Positions 35,439-49,894 of a DNA stretch of 64,000 nucleotides are shown here, one piece after another. Location of the stretch: positions 1 to 64,000 of the forward strand of contig JALDZS010000079.1 in NCBI GenBank assembly GCA_022813965.1, given 5' to 3'. The stretch comes from Toensbergia leucococca (lineage: Eukaryota). The position numbers and the translations under genes are program-made. Within the stretch, counting starts at the first letter, position 1. Each line of letters starts with the position of its first letter. Below the pieces are notes generated by a model. It was given only the letters and a program-made list of their open reading frames with translations, did no database searches and was not told where the DNA came from.

Positions 35439-38400
35439 ATGTTCACTTCGGCCTTGAAGTCCTTTACCTCGAACATCTCAGCGAATTATACAATATCGCC
35501 AACTCCTACCTCGGTAGCAGGAGCGTGGAAAGTGTACGATGGAAAGAAGAAGACAACAGGGAAAAACATCTCCGTCTTTGTTTTCGAGCGAAAGTCGCTA
35601 GATCCGCAAACGGGTGGCCTCGGCGTCCGGTCAGGCGGTCCATCGTTGAGGAAATTACAGGATGAGGTGATTGAGAGGTTGAAGAAAGAGGCCAACTCAC
35701 TAGCAAGACTACGTCACCCGAGTGTGTTGGAGCTTGCAGAGCCAGTAGAAGATACCCGCAATGGCGGTCTGATATTTGCAACAGAGCCGGTCACAGCATC
35801 CTTGGCCGGTCTTTTGCAAGAGAAAGATAATCAAGAAAAAGCAGGTGGGGTTGGAGGTAGGCCAAGCCGATATGTTGTCGAGGAGGCCGACGGTCATAAA
35901 CGCAGGAGGGAGCTAGAGATTGATGAATTGGAGATACAAAAAGGCCTGCTGCAAATTGCTCAGGGACTGGAGTTTCTTCACGAGTCCGCAGGGCTAGTGC
36001 ATGGACATCTAACACCAGATGCAGTATACATTAATACAAAGGTACATTGATTTCCCTCTTGTCTACGAACGGCTCATCGCACTTCAAATGAACAGACCTC
36101 ATTTCCATCGGAATATTACCATAATTCAATGCACAATGTACAATACAATTCCGAGTAATCTCAGGCAATGAAGATACGTTTTTGGTTCTCCGAGAAAGAA
36201 CATGAAAGCCTTAGCTTTTCATTGCTTGCATCAAGACAGACCAGGCTGATCAATGGTTATGCAGTCTGACTGGAAGATAGCTGGTCTCGGCTTCTCCGGG
36301 CCACCAGACGCAAGCAACGGCCAGTCGACTATGCATCCTATACCTCTCTCCGAAGTGCTATATCATGACCCCCGTCTTCCCCGAGCTGTGCAATTCAACC
36401 TGGACTATACTTCTCCTGACTTTGTCATCGACGGCAATGTCTCCTCGTCTGCTGACATGTTCTCCCTAGGCCTTTTGATTCTTGCTTTGTACAATTCGCC
36501 TCACTCATCTCCACTTAAAACCAACTCGAACTCTTCTATGTACAAGAAGCTCTTCGCCTCTTCCTCATCTATACCCTCGTCTACCAACAACTTCCTCTCC
36601 TCAAGACCTCTTCCGAAAGATCTCGTCTCTGATGTTCTCCCTCGCTTGATGTCCAGAAAACCAGCTCAACGGATGAATGTGCGCGAGTTTCAGCAGTCGC
36701 AGTTCTTCGACAACATCCTAGTCTCTACCATCCGCTTCTTAGACGCATTGCCTGCAAAGAATTCCAACGAGAAATCGCAATTCATGCGCGGACTACCAAG
36801 AATCCTAGAACAATTTCCCAAATCCGTGCTTGATAAGAAAGTCTTACCCGCTCTTTTAGAGGAAACGAAAGATAGAGATCTGCTCTCTCTGATCTTGCAG
36901 AATGTTTTCAAGATCATTACACTATTGCCATCTGGTAAACGTGCTTTCACTGATAAAGTCAACCCACGATTGCGCGAGATCTTCCTAGGAGCTGGTGCAA
37001 AATCAAACTCAATTGACCGAGATACTGCAAAGGAAGCCGGGCTAGTTGTCGTGCTTGACAACATGGGAATGATTGCTGAGCATTGTTCCAGCAAGGACTT
37101 CAAAGACGGTAGGTGCTTTCCTCAAGATATCATCATCATGCGCTGACCAAAGCTAGACATCTTCCCGCTCGTCCAACTCAGCCTAGAATCTCCCACTCAT
37201 TCCCTCGTCGACAAAGCTCTAGGGTATCTCCCGACGATTCTTTCGGTTTTGGATTTTTCTACTATCAAGCACGAGCTGTTTCCAGTGGTGGCAGCTGTCT
37301 TCAGCAAGACTAGTAGTCTTGGTATCAAAGTACGTGGGCTTGAGGCCTTCGTTGTGCTTTGTGGGGGAGCCTCGAATGATGAAGCCGGCGATGGACTTGA
37401 TGGAGTTCGTATTGCATCAAAAGGTTCCAAACCAATCAGTATTGCAGTGCTAGACAAATACACAATGCAAGAAAAGATCATCCCGCTCCTCAAAGCCATC
37501 AAAACAAAAGAACCCGCTGTAATAATGGCCGCTCTCGCCGTCATCAAACAAGTTGGTAAAGTCGCAGACACGGGATTCTTAGCAATGGATGTGCTTCCTC
37601 TGCTATGGAGCTTTGGCCTAGGACCCTTACTCAACCTAGACCAATTCCAAGAATTCATGCATCTGATCAAAACGCTGTCAGCGAAAATCGAGCAGGAGCA
37701 GACTCGGAAATTGCAGGAGCTTTCTTCGAGCTCGGGCAATGGATTCGACTCCTTTCGGTCAAACGACCTGATGAACATTGGCTCTGCAAACGGCATGTTT
37801 GGATCAAACGGAGGAGGAAATGTAGGCGAAGACGACTTTGAGCGTCTTGTTCTTGGCAAGAGATCTGGCACAGGCGCTGATATTCTCGGCGCAAACCCAA
37901 AGGCGCAACCACAACGCGCACAGCCCACACAAGCCAACGCGCCAGCATTCTCCTGGTCCACCCCAAGCACCACCCCAAGCACAACCCCAGGCCAAATCCA
38001 CACCAGCAACCCATCAGGCATCTCAGCGCCACGCCAAAGCTCCAACTCGCGAGCCGTTACCCCCGATCAAGCGCTAAGCGGCTTTGCCGCCCTCCAACCG
38101 TCCAGCTCTGGTACAAGCAGCCATATCAAAGGTAACGGCCGGAGTTCCGTCCCGCCCATACAGCCTTCCCTCCTTCTAAATCAAACACAACATGTTCCAG
38201 TGGCGCACTCAACTTTGTCGATTTTCCCCCCTCCGCTGAACTCGGCTTCCTCCCTCCACCTGCAACAGACGTTGAAGCCGAGCCTATTCCAGGCGTATGC
38301 AGCGGCCCCAGCGCCAATACGGGATCAACGCGCCAACGCGCCAACGCAGTACGGTGCCGGCTTAGGAGGCGGAGGTGGACGTGGACGTGGAGGTTCAAGC

Positions 38401-38460
38401 TCTATGGCAAGCAATGATGTGCAGAAGAAGGGGCTAGACGCATATGAGAGTCTTCTGTGA
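35439..38460 (+). CDS. SCY1: SCY1-like pseudokinase (SCYL2/Scy1 type), spliced
   Basis: SLARLRHPSVL, FATEPV, EIQKGLLQIAQGLEFLH, DWKIAGLGF, SADMFSLG, KSQFMRGLP, HEAT-like region, disordered tail ending GLDAYESLL. Confidence 0.9.
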
Positions 38461-38882
38461 TACAAGTCACCTTGGACTACACGTCGTCTGTGATTAGCCG
38501 TGCAAGTCCACTGCACGTTGAGTATCAATCATGGTATTGTAATCGAATTAATCTATGGGAAAGCATGCTCGTCTAAAAGTACGAAAAGGAAACCGAGGCT
38601 GTCGGAGCATTAATGTAAAATGAGCATAAGCTCATGAGAGCCATGTCGCTGTGAAGCTGCCACTCGGGGTATCTGGTCGTGAAAGTCGTCGGCCCAAGCT
38701 CTCGAGCCTCATAAGCCTTCACCACTATTAATCATCCACTTCCATTAATCCGCCCCCTCCCCATCATCAGCCCTTCATTCTCGTCCACAAGCCACGAGTC
38801 TCACCTTGTTTTTCAGAATAGCTTCTATGCTTCATGGGGATTAATTCCATCTCGAACCATAAAGCCAACCCTTTTAATAAGC

Positions 38883-40816
38883 TCAATCCTTTCCCTTCCA
38901 CTTGACATGTTTGACAACCGGAACCGGCTTGGGGCCACCGCTTTCGGAGCCGCTCGCTTTTGACCCTTGCCCAGACTCTTCACCGCTGCTTTCGATGGCA
39001 TTGTCGTCCACATCCTCCTCTGGCTTGGGAAGACGGATCGCCGAACGAGCACATAGCCTAACGGGATTCCGCGTCATCCTGGCCGGTATAAAGGTTGGTT
39101 CGACCTCCGCAGGGGCACGCTGGAAAGCGATCTTTCGTGATGGGACCCTAGCTGGCTCCGTCTTCGCTTTGCCAATGAGAATGGCTGTATCGACTTTCGG
39201 AATGTCCTTACCCTTGCTCTTGCGGAGAATGCCACAAGTAACACCACCGACCTTAGTATACCCATTTGGATTCATAGGCTGACGGCGCCCGGTGTTGCGG
39301 ATCGCTTCTTCAGCTCGTTCTCTACGCGGTCTGTATTGACGCTGCTGGGACAGCTGAGGTGGCTTTTGCTGGTCCTCCAAGTCAAGTATCTTTTCCCGCT
39401 TTTCTAGCTCCCTTGCCAGCTCCCTATCTCTCCTGGCATTCAGAAGTCGGCGGGTCTGCGATGGTGGGATGCTTCGAGGGTTCCGCTGCGATTCTGGAGA
39501 TTGGTTTTGTTGAATTACATGCGACCTAACATACATGGGTACCACAGGCTGACATTCTTGCTGCGCAAGGGCTTGAGATTGCTGCTGTAGACGTGGATTC
39601 AAAGGTTGTGCTGTATGTCGTCGGCGTTGCTGTCCCGGATCTGGCCGTGCTTGATTCTGTAGCCTTCGTTGGAACTCCAGCTGCACCCGAGGTGTATTGC
39701 GCGGCGTTTTCGCCCAGGTCGACATATGATCCCCGTCACTCGGGTCCATTACTGACTCGCCGTAGTCATAGACGTGATAGAGCTCGGCAAGATCAACTCT
39801 GCTAGGATTTGTATCCTTCGCGTCAATGAACTTCCCAACATGATCATATGTTATGTTGAACTTGCGTGCCTGTAGGTCGTAGGAAGTCCAACTCTGCGCA
39901 TGTAGATATTTCTCAAACGTAGTGAATTTTCCAGACTCGGTCCAAGGAAGGAAGCCACGCACAATTCGCCAGCCACCAGAAGATATTTCTTGGGTGGGTT
40001 CCTTGAAGAATTCAGGGAACGCTCTCATATGCTTGACGCGAATGACGTCGTGAAACTTGATCCCATCGTACCCAGGAATCTCAAGATCTGGTCCTACTAG
40101 GTCGCCGATAAGGTCCGCTGTATATCCCATCTTCTCGATCAGGTTGTTCATGATATGTTCATTCGAGGCTTTTCTAGAAAATCGGTACCGTCCTTCCCCA
40201 ATCATCTCAGAAGAGCCTGAGTTGCTCTTCTTCCGGTTGAGTGGCGAACTCGGTAGATTCTCAGATGTGTGCTCAAATTGTTTGGTGTCCGGATTAACGT
40301 AAAAACCCGCCCATAGTGTACCCGGATGAGACCCCCAACATTCATTATGTTCATCATGAGTGAGATCTCTGATGCCTGATAGGCCACCAACGGTGGGAGT
40401 ACCTGTGATGGAAGTCGCAGGCGCAGGAGTATCGACTTGCCCACTGGGTGGAGTCGAACCACTTTGACACTTAGACAGTGACTGCGGATATGATGAGACT
40501 GAGCTAGCAAAAGTGTCGGTTCTCGAGAGTTCAGTGCTTGCGAAAGACAAAAGTGTTGAACGGCTGGAACTAGAAGCTGAACTAGATCTGAGGAGAGCTT
40601 GACCCTGTAGTCCGATTGCGACATCTTCGGGTGAGGATGATTGCAGTTTTTTGATCATATTGTCTCGAAATTGCCTGTCCAACAGTCGCTCTCGGTGTTG
40701 ATCGGATCGAGCTGTGCCAGATTCAGTAGATGCAAAATGGCATGGCAGCTCAGCGCCTCACCTCTTCCAACTATGGCCTCAATTAACACCTCGATCCATG
40801 ATGCCATGATGGTCAT
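38883..40816 (-). CDS. Hypothetical protein, ~620 aa, largely low-complexity (Ser-, Gln- and Arg-rich)
   Basis: 1.8-kb stop-free ORF. A short upstream exon MTIMASWIEVLIEAIVGR joins in frame via a GTGAG...CAG intron. No domain recognised. Confidence 0.65.
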
Positions 40817-42189
40817 CTATCTTGTGCTCCTTGGCAATGAAGGAAGGATTCAAAAAGCTCCAACAAGGATTGTAATTTTCGCAGTTTGACGGCAGGGCTA
40901 CAATCGATACCTACCGAAGTGCATCATGTTCAGTGATTCGAGCGAGATGGAAGCAATTGTGAAGAAACGGATTGTGCGGGTTGTGGTGAGAAGTGAATGT
41001 TGACGCCAAGTGGCAGGCGCGACCTTCACTTAAGATTGTGTTGAATTTGGAAGAAACACCCATGGCTTTAGGATTGAGGGCATAGTAGTCTTCACCAAAG
41101 TGAGAGATGCAGTAGGAGATTGACAGTAGAAAGAGGCACTCTATGTAAAGGCCTTAACAACTAAACCTCACGCCTTGATCCAAACTCGAAGACTGGCCTG
41201 GCATAAGAAAGTTTCGCATTGATCCCATTTTTCACTTTAATTGTTACCGCATTCTGATGAGTCAAAACTATCATCAAGGTACCCAATTAGTCTCAAGAGA
41301 AGATAGCTGGGTAGTCAGAGCATCTTCAGGGAACATTCCGGGCCAAGGCCATCCAGTTGCTTTTTGAAGAGGCCTGTGTTTGTCTAGCAAAATGGTTTTC
41401 TCAGTAGAGGACGGGAATATTGTACAATGGCTATCAATATATGTGTTAGTTTTTAGACCAAGGCTAATAATAATAAGCAGTTGTTTTGAGCTTGGAGCTG
41501 AGAACGCATTGGCCAAGGCTTCCATACATGCCAAAGAACTTGGGGTCCAGAGTGCAAATCTATCGAGGAGCCGTATTCGCTGCTCAAGCAATAGGCTTTA
41601 TTCTCGAAAAGCATACTCCCTAACAACATGCAAGTCCAACTTTGATATTTTAGGTTTCAGCTCCTTTCTTCAGCATACAATTCCTCCTAAGGGAAGAGCC
41701 TATAGGAATATGAGAGCTATGGAATCTCGTATAAAGCCTAGGAAATGATTACCATTGGGACAAAGAGTAAGGAAAGATCGTGGAAGCTGATTAGTGATTG
41801 ATAATGATTTAGAATTTAGGTCAAGATCGCTGTAATGTACCTAGCCATGGCAGTCACACATTTGTGTCAACGCAAGGCCAATATTAGTATCTCCTGGGCC
41901 GATGAATTATCGATTGATCAGGGTTGAAGAGCTGACGTTGAGGTTTCTCGCTAAAGGCTCACCGGTATTAAATCCGTACCTGACTACTGAGCTAGTCACA
42001 AGGGGTTGCATCTGCAACGTTACCATCAGCTTTTGCAGTAGGATTGATGCACATAATGTCAGCCATGTTGACTGCTAAGCATGTTTCACCTCAAATCCCG
42101 GCCAGTATATCAATGCATCTATCGCATTCCATTATCAAAAACCACAATCCACCACCAATCCCCAGATCCGACTAGACCAATCTAACACA

Positions 42190-42960
42190 ATGTCAACGTC
42201 AGTTCACCCCCTCCCTGGCATTGCTGAACGTCACGCTGAGCCTTGTGTCCTTGTGTAGTAACATAACTTGGCATCCATCCCTTTCACGCCAAGAGCGCTG
42301 CTCCCTCCGCGGCCAACGTGGCGGCACGCTCTGGTTCACAGGCCTTTCGGCAAGTGGCAAATCGACTATTGCTACGGCCCTCGAGCAACATCTTCTGCAG
42401 CTTGGTCTTGCAACCTATCGTCTTGATGGTGACAACGTCCGCTTTGGCTTAAACAAAGACCTGGGCTTTTCCGAGAAAGACCGATCTGAGAACATCCGCC
42501 GCATAGCTGAGGTCAGCATACAATCTATAACTACAAGATGAAAATATTTGGGCACAGCACTAATGTCTCGCATATCTAGGTGTCCAAGCTTTTCGCCGAC
42601 TCTGCCACAATAGCCCTTACATCTTTCATATCGCCTTACCGTGCGGACCGCGACTTTGCCCGTTCCATCCACTCTGCTCCCGGCCTTGACGGCACTCTTC
42701 CTTTCATTGAGGTATTCATTGATATTCCGGTATCCGAAGCGGAAAAGCGCGACCCAAAAGGTCTCTACAAAAAGGCACGTGCAGGAGAGATCAAGGACTT
42801 CACCGGGATATCAGCGCCCTACGAGGCACCAGAAGCGGCCGAGATTCACATACGGAGCGATTTGGTCAGTGTGGAGGAGGCTGTGGTCCAGATCACGGAA
42901 TATCTGGAGGAGGCGGGCATGCTGAAGCCAGAGGTGAACGGTAAGGTGAATGGCAATTAG
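42190..42960 (+). CDS. MET14: Adenylyl-sulfate (APS) kinase, spliced
   Basis: [19 protein letters not shown] (P-loop), [50 protein letters not shown]. Confidence 0.97.
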
Positions 42961-43127
42961 ATGGCGTCCAATTGGTTGCGTCAAAATTTGTACAGATAGA
43001 GAGGTCATGGATTGAACTGCCAAAGCTGTTGCAGTATATCTCTTTCAACCAATGGCTACGAAATCAAAATGTAAGTGATCAAAGGCCGGTGCGCCGTGGA
43101 GGATGATTCCCCATGTACAATACCTGC

Positions 43128-44565
43128 CTATTTGATTTCAAACTCGTAGCAGACGTACGCCGAGTATTCCCCGCCATCTCCGGTATGTCCCGCAGCCTGC
43201 ATATCTGCAGAGGTTGACGAGTCGTCTTTAGTGACTCTGCCTTTCTTGTCACGCCCAAAAGCATTACCACCCAGATAGGAATACGATGTGTCCAAAGAGT
43301 AGCGAGCCTTTTTTGCTAGCTTTGGCGTAGTCTATGCAATATGAGTCAAGGTTAGTTGGTTATCCGAATATTCTAGAGCGATGCAAGACAAGAAGTACTC
43401 GGCATACCTTGACAAGTCCACACACAAACCGCAGAGGCAGCCCATACCGGAGGACTGTCTCGACAAATACCCTCAGAGCCAATACGTGGACCCAGGCCAT
43501 GACAGCTTCGCCCCAACTTGTCCTCCCTAACATCACAGCTTCCCCCAACAGCTTCTTCTTATCCTTGCTGACCCGATCAACTTCTTTCTGTTCTTCCTCT
43601 TTACCCCCCTCCTTGTATTTGAAGTCTCGAGGTGTCCACTTCATCTCTCTGCATTTATGGACAAACTCTTGGCTATGCTTCTTAAAGGTAGTGACAGCGT
43701 AAAGTGTGAACTCATCGTCAGAGTCTATAAGCTGAGCTGAACGGGGAACAACCATGGGGCAGAGGGTCTCGTAGGACTTGAAAAACTCTTTAATATTTTG
43801 CTTGGGTACCGCGACAAGGTGAGTTTCAAGGTAATCGGAATCCTGTATGATTAGGGATGGATTGACAATTGCAGTAAGAGATCTATTTGAAAGATTGCCG
43901 CTACCAGGCCTATCAGCATCTTTGTCGAGATCAATCTGGACGGGTAGGCAAACGTTTGCTTCTTCTGCAAGTTGGCCAAGTTGGTCTGGACCTGATTGTA
44001 CTGGTTGTATTTATTCTTAACATCATTATCGATACTGGAGACCTCCTGTGCGCAGCTAGCATTAGTAGATCACTCAGATAATGTAGCTAGCCTGCGAGGC
44101 AGATGGGTTACCTTTTGTAAAGTGTCAATGATCTCGCCAAGTGGCTTGTCTGCTCGATATTTGACCTTATTCCAATGGAATGTTTTTAGGTATTGCTCGA
44201 CCGGTTCTACTTATTATGTCAGTCGTATATGGTAGCCATAGTTTGGCCCGCCCATTGCACTGACTATCGTTGACAGTCTTTTGCCCAGTGAAATCCTCGT
44301 CGTCCCCTTCCAGGATTGTTTTCAATGAATCGCCCACCTTGCTCACCACAACCTCGCAGCCTCCTTCAAGCTTAGCCAGCTCATCTGCGTGCTGCACAAG
44401 GGCATCAAGAGTGCCAATCTTGAATTCTGGGATTGCAAATGGGAAGACAGTACCATAGTCAGTGGTCACAGCCGACCGAAGAGCTGTTAGAGCTTCATCG
44501 TGCTCGTTAGTGGGGGAGATGGAGGTTGGGAGCGACACTAAGAGGTATTTAACGCCTTTCGACAT
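43128..44565 (-). CDS. VMA5: V-type proton ATPase subunit C, spliced
   Basis: IPEFKIGTLDAL, FHWNKVKY, MVVPRSA, LYAVTTFKK, LRVFVETVLRYGLP, YSYLGGNAFGRDKKG. Confidence 0.95.
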
Positions 44566-45019
44566 CTTTCGGTCAACCACAGAAAATTTTATAAGAAGAG
44601 AAGGGCATTAGGGAAGTTTGGGGAGTCACAGATGCCAACGTGATGGATTCGAAAAAGCTTGTACGGATACTTCAACCCTCGAACGGTCATTCAGTTCCGA
44701 AAGCGAAGATCCTCGGCATCACCAGCAACACCAAGCATCACCACTATTTAGTAAAGGAAGCACATTGAAGCATTGAATTTTGGGCATGTGGAAACCGCCC
44801 TCGACGTAATGTTTGGTTCGATCGATCATTTTCTAAGACAAACTTAAGATTTTTGATTGCCTTCGATTCAGGGGCAGATTGCTCGTCTAATGATGTCAAA
44901 GGCCGTCTATAAAACACTGTGCAGTCTATTGCAGTCATCGGTTGAAGACGATCTACAGCGCCAAATGTGGCCCGCACGCCAAAGAGACAATCAAACGGGT
45001 ATCAGATGCAGCGTTTATC

Positions 45020-46175
45020 TTACTCTGAGGCCGGATACAATCGAGCCAAAGCCTGAGCAAAGATGAGTAAAGACTGGGAAATGCATGAGCGAAATGTAAG
45101 GATGTCACCTTACCACAGCCTCTTTCGGTTCCACAAATAGCCCTGAAGCCTCCACCAGTACCACTGGCTGCTTCCCTTCTCCAACAAGGGTCTCTATGCG
45201 GCCCTCAACCCATGCTTTCCTTCCCTCCACCTTTACCGTTTTGGCCCGAAGACACAAAAAGGAGCCCGCAGGAGCAGGTTTCCGGTAATTGACCGTCAAG
45301 CTAGCTGTAAGTCCAATCTTGTGGGGCAGGGCTGCAAAACAACATCTAGCCATGCCCTCGTCCAGAAGAGTGGCTAGTAATCCTCCGTGCAATACACCTG
45401 CATGCCCGCATAGGTCTGTGCCCATGTAAGATATCGAGACTAGACTCTTCCCTTTCTTCTCACTGAAGACCAAGGGAGGTACGGCAATCTTCCCGGGGCC
45501 GCTCAATGTGCCGGCTGTGAGATTATGGCTTCGCATCGCTTCAGGGAATTTCAGATGTGGCCTTGATTCTATGAAATCGGCATTCTCCCGTAGGCTACGA
45601 GCAAGATGATGATTGTTAATGAACTTGTCAATCTCAGCAGACATTTCGTCAGGGGCTTTGAACATTGCCAGTGTTTCTGCATCGGTAGGGGCGTTCATCA
45701 TACTAATGAGAGGGGCAATAGATGAAGCTGTAGCCATGAGGAAGCCTGCTGAAGTAAAGAAAACTGAAAAGGCACAAAAAGAGAGGACTCGTCTGAAGGT
45801 AAATCGATTAGGATTGGTCGGTAGGTCTACAAGTACACTTGAAGCTATCCGCACGTTAGTACCAGTCTTACGCATTCTGCAGACTTTAGCAGGAGTAACA
45901 CCACCTGAATCGGAGCTGTGAAATCGAGGATGGAGAGGAGACAAAGGATTTGAACGGAAGCCGGAAATTATGGGGTTTTTTGAATTTGTTGAGTTTGACC
46001 GAGGCCCGGGGCGAGAAAAGAGATACGGAAGGAAAGATGTGCCATGGTGACGGAAATGCATTTGGGGCTCAGGAACAATTTCATAGAGTTGCTGTGGTAC
46101 CACTGGACTTTGTAGTGACCAAAGGGTCGAACCCATCAAAATGAACCTCGGTATCCGTACATTTAGCGTATTCAT
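45020..46175 (-). CDS. Hotdog-fold (PaaI-like) thioesterase, probably mitochondrial
   Basis: HNLTAGTL, DLCGHAGVLHGGLLATLLDEGMARCCF, TASLTVNYRKP, EGRKAWV. Last exon ALARLYPASE. The true start codon is uncertain. Confidence 0.85.
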
Positions 46176-46315
46176 AAATCGTACATGTTTTTGCGATTGA
46201 GATGATTAAGCCACTCTCACGACCAGTACTGTGACATTCACTACGTTACGGATACACTCTACACACTAAAGGAATGATTTGAATGCCAGTGAGATGCGAT
46301 GCGGTGTTAATTTGT

Positions 46316-49300
46316 CTACAAGCCTTCGTCGTCGCTGTTATCTAACATTCCGGCGTATTCATCCACTGAAGCGAAAGTAGGTAGGTTTTTGAGCCTGCGA
46401 CGCTTCTTATTGCTCCTTTCCATTTCAGGCACTTTCGCAGCATTATCTTGGTTGAATCTCGCTTCACTTCCGAAAGCCTCATCAAAACCACTAGGGACCT
46501 CGTCTTCGCTATCCAACAAGCCTTCGTCGTCATCGTCCAGGTCCAACTCGGCGTCTTCCGCGTCGACAGCTTCCGCATCATGCTTTTTGTCTGAATTGTC
46601 TTCAATCGCTAATTCAGCATCCTCAACGTCGTCTTGCATGACGGATTCCATGTCATCTGTCCCCAAGCCGCTATCACTCTCATCGCTCCCTTCTAATTCA
46701 GGCCTCGAATCTACAAGAGCCTTCCATATTTCGTCTTCGTTTTCCTCTGCTTCACTATCTTTATCTGCTTTGCCTAGTCGTCCAGCTTTCCTATTTCTTG
46801 CTTGCTCTTTCCCTTTACCCATGGTACTGAAATACGCATGGAAGAAAACATCGTCCGCATCCACGGCCGCACCTTCCATCTTCCAAAATGCTTCAGTGTT
46901 GACCGGCGCTCTGGTCCCATGTTTTGTGCGCGCAGATATCAGAAGGCCACGTAAGTCGCTTCCAGCCAGTGGCTGCATGATAGAGGCCCCACGAGATCCG
47001 CTGGTGCTCTTCTTGGGATTTCGATATACGAAGCGGTCCAGAAAGTGGATGAGGGTATGCAAGGAGAGATCCGGTTTCGCGGGCATAGCCTCGTGAGTAA
47101 GTAATTTAGAAGCAAATAAAGCCACCGATGGGTGGAAATGCATCGAGAACGGAGTCTGTTATCTGCTATTAGCAGGTCTGTGTCATGAACATGCTATCAA
47201 GCTTGACTTACGAGTTCCCATAAACAACTCTTTTCAGCGTTGCTGTACTCCGGATCCCGCTTCCTCCCGTGGTATGCTTGGGATGCCTTACTTGATTTGA
47301 CACTAACATTTTCGACCATGTGACTAGGTGAAGACGGCGATATGTGGTGTTGATCCTCATCCTCTAGCACGTCACGGAAATTCTCCTCCTCGTCGCTATC
47401 ATCTACTTCGGGCTGATCAATGAACACTTGGAGATTGTTAAACACACCTTCAAGCTCCCTAAGAAGATACAACACGCCACACGCAAAGGGAGCTTGATGC
47501 ATGGCGATGACCTGTAATAATCGTTTTGAGAAGGCCTTGACTCTCTTCACTTTCAGATCTGATCTTAATGACCTGAAGAGAAGATTCAGGTACATGGCCT
47601 GTTTGGAAGACGTCAAAAGTCTTGGGTCTAGAAGCGATTCGTACAGCGTCCGATAGAATCTGTCCGTAGAACGTTGGTGCGATCCGTTCAGCTGCTGTAT
47701 CAACAACAGAGCTTGAATACTAGTGTTGAAGTTTGAAGAATGTGTCACCTTGAAAAGCGTGTCTAGATGCTTTTCAAATCTTTCAGGTGTTAGCGATATG
47801 AAAGTATGTTGAAGGCTTTCGAGTCTCACGTTTCATCATCCGTATTGGTGAAGGGTATTGCACGATTCACTCCGGTCAAAAGCGCCGATATCATCTTTTC
47901 CCTCAACGCCTCATCAAGATCAGTGCTTTTTTCCTGCATCTCTAGCTTCCGCTGTGCCTTCTTGCCAGACGATCCGCCACCTCCTTGGACCTCGCCCTTT
48001 CTGTTGAGGGCCGTTGAATTGACGCCAGAAGCTACGGAATTCGACTTTAGCGGCATCAAGAGCCTGATAAACATATCGAAGTAAATCTTAAGTAACTTCC
48101 TAGCGACTCCCTCTTCTTTTCCGCTAAGAACCGTCTGATTCAGTGTGATAATAGCGTAGTACTTTGCATGTAAACTCTGACCTGGTCGCAAGATCAGGTC
48201 CGATTCAATAGATGTTATGATAGTTGACTTCATTAAGGGGTGTGTGGTTTCGAGCTGCAGGATGTTGTAGCAGGTCTTGGAAGCAATCTTTTTATCAGAA
48301 TCACCAAGCTTATTGACAAGGAGACGCAAAAGGTTGGCTTCCTGCTCTGGCTTCTGCTTCAGCAGCTCGTAGACATAGTCTACCGCCTTAGCTCTTGCAA
48401 AAACAATTTCATCGTTGCACCAGGTTTCGATGATTTGTAGAACTTCGAAATAGATTGTTTTCAACCAATGCTCATATGCCCATGCAATCAGGTGAGACTC
48501 TTTGAGGGGCTTTGGCAACAAGTCCCCTTGTTTCCAGCTTGTATTTATCTTCCTAAAGACAGTAGATAGCCCCGGCTGATGAGCAAATACTTTAAGTTTC
48601 CGATCGGATGGTAGCAGAGCGCCCTGTCCGAATAAATCTTTCAAGGCTCCAAGGACCTCAACAGCTTGTCCCCTGCTACGTTTTCGTGCCAAGCCAATTA
48701 AGCTCTCCAGAGCTTTCATGTTATGAACTGGTGATTCTTGAATAGATAATGTTAAAGCCGATATCTTATCTGAGAGAGTTCCTGATGACATGATAGTGGA
48801 ATAGAATTGGTGCGCGGCTGACGATGAACGATCTCGAGACGTATAGCGCTCATTCTCGGAGTTGAGAAGAGATCTAGCGTGCTGATGGATACAATCGATT
48901 AAAGCGTGTGGCAGAGCTGTAAGATTCTGCGACGAAATAGGCAGCGCAGGTAGAATAGTAGCATGCCATGCCGACTGTGGTTCGATGTGCTATACAAGAG
49001 CCATCAGTCGAGTACAGTTGCAAGCAAGCACTCTTAGCACCTTGAGAGACGTACTAGAAGGGATGCATTTGTCCCCGGCTGCTCCTTTCTATTCAACGTG
49101 GTGGAGTGGCGAATCTTATTGTGATTTAAAGCAATACTATTAGGATTGTCTTCAAAGTCTGGACGGATCGAATCTTCTTCCTTCTCCGAGGCTGACGTAT
49201 CTCCTAACTCCTCGGGACCGATCTTATGGACACCAAGGTTCTGAATAAGTTGGAGCAAATCTTTTTTTAACACTTTCCCAGACTCTCCGATCGAATTCAA

Positions 49301-49894
49301 TCCGTGACCCTCAATCTCGGAGTCTGAAGCTATATCTGCGATGAGTTCATAGTCCTCCCCGGTAGCTCCAAGCTCAAGGAGCTCCTGCTCAAGAGTGGAA
49401 GGTTTACGTGGATCATCTGAGCACACCTGCCCGTTTACCCAACTTTGCTTACCCTTGGTCTTATCGTCGTCGAAGTTCCTGAGTTGCCCATCCCGAAGCC
49501 TCTTCTTTCCCCTCCACTGGACTCCGCCAACGGATGACTGGGTTTCCGAACTGTCGATTTGCTTATTGCTTGGCAGATGAGACTTTCTTCTCCCGCTGAG
49601 TTTCGCATCAGGGACAACTTGCTGTTGGACTGGAACTTGAGTCCTTTCATTCCCTAGAGTCTGAACCCTCCCTGTGGAAGGCTCCTGCTTCAGTCGATCA
49701 TTCTTCTTTTTTACAATCCTTTGCCTTAGCCTGGTCTGGACACCGGGTACTTTGGCGGTGGTAGCAGATTTTTTGAGGCTGCTCTCAATATTCCTTGTCA
49801 AGCGTAACAGAGCCTCTGGGCCCAAGTCTGGAAGCTGAGAATTATGATCAAGAGTAGACACAGCACCAGCGAGTCGTTTGTGTTTGGCCGACAT
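46316..49894 (-). CDS. MAK21: Ribosome biogenesis protein Mak21/Noc1 (CEBPZ homolog), spliced
   Basis: MSSGTLSDKISALTL, KPEQEANLLRLLVNKLGD, ALLTGVNRA, HSSNFNTSIQAL, DRFYRTLYESLLD, GRKRDP, HFHPSV, FLDRFVYRNPK, LPTFAS. Confidence 0.93.

Noticed and set aside
41150..41830. Possible transposase relic in a slightly AT-rich intergenic stretch
   Set aside because: Only a vague motif resemblance, with no TIR or TSD found.
46389..47096. Long antisense ORFs (for example 235 aa opposite Mak21 and 282 aa opposite SCY1)
   Set aside because: They are shadows of real genes on the other strand and have no independent motifs.
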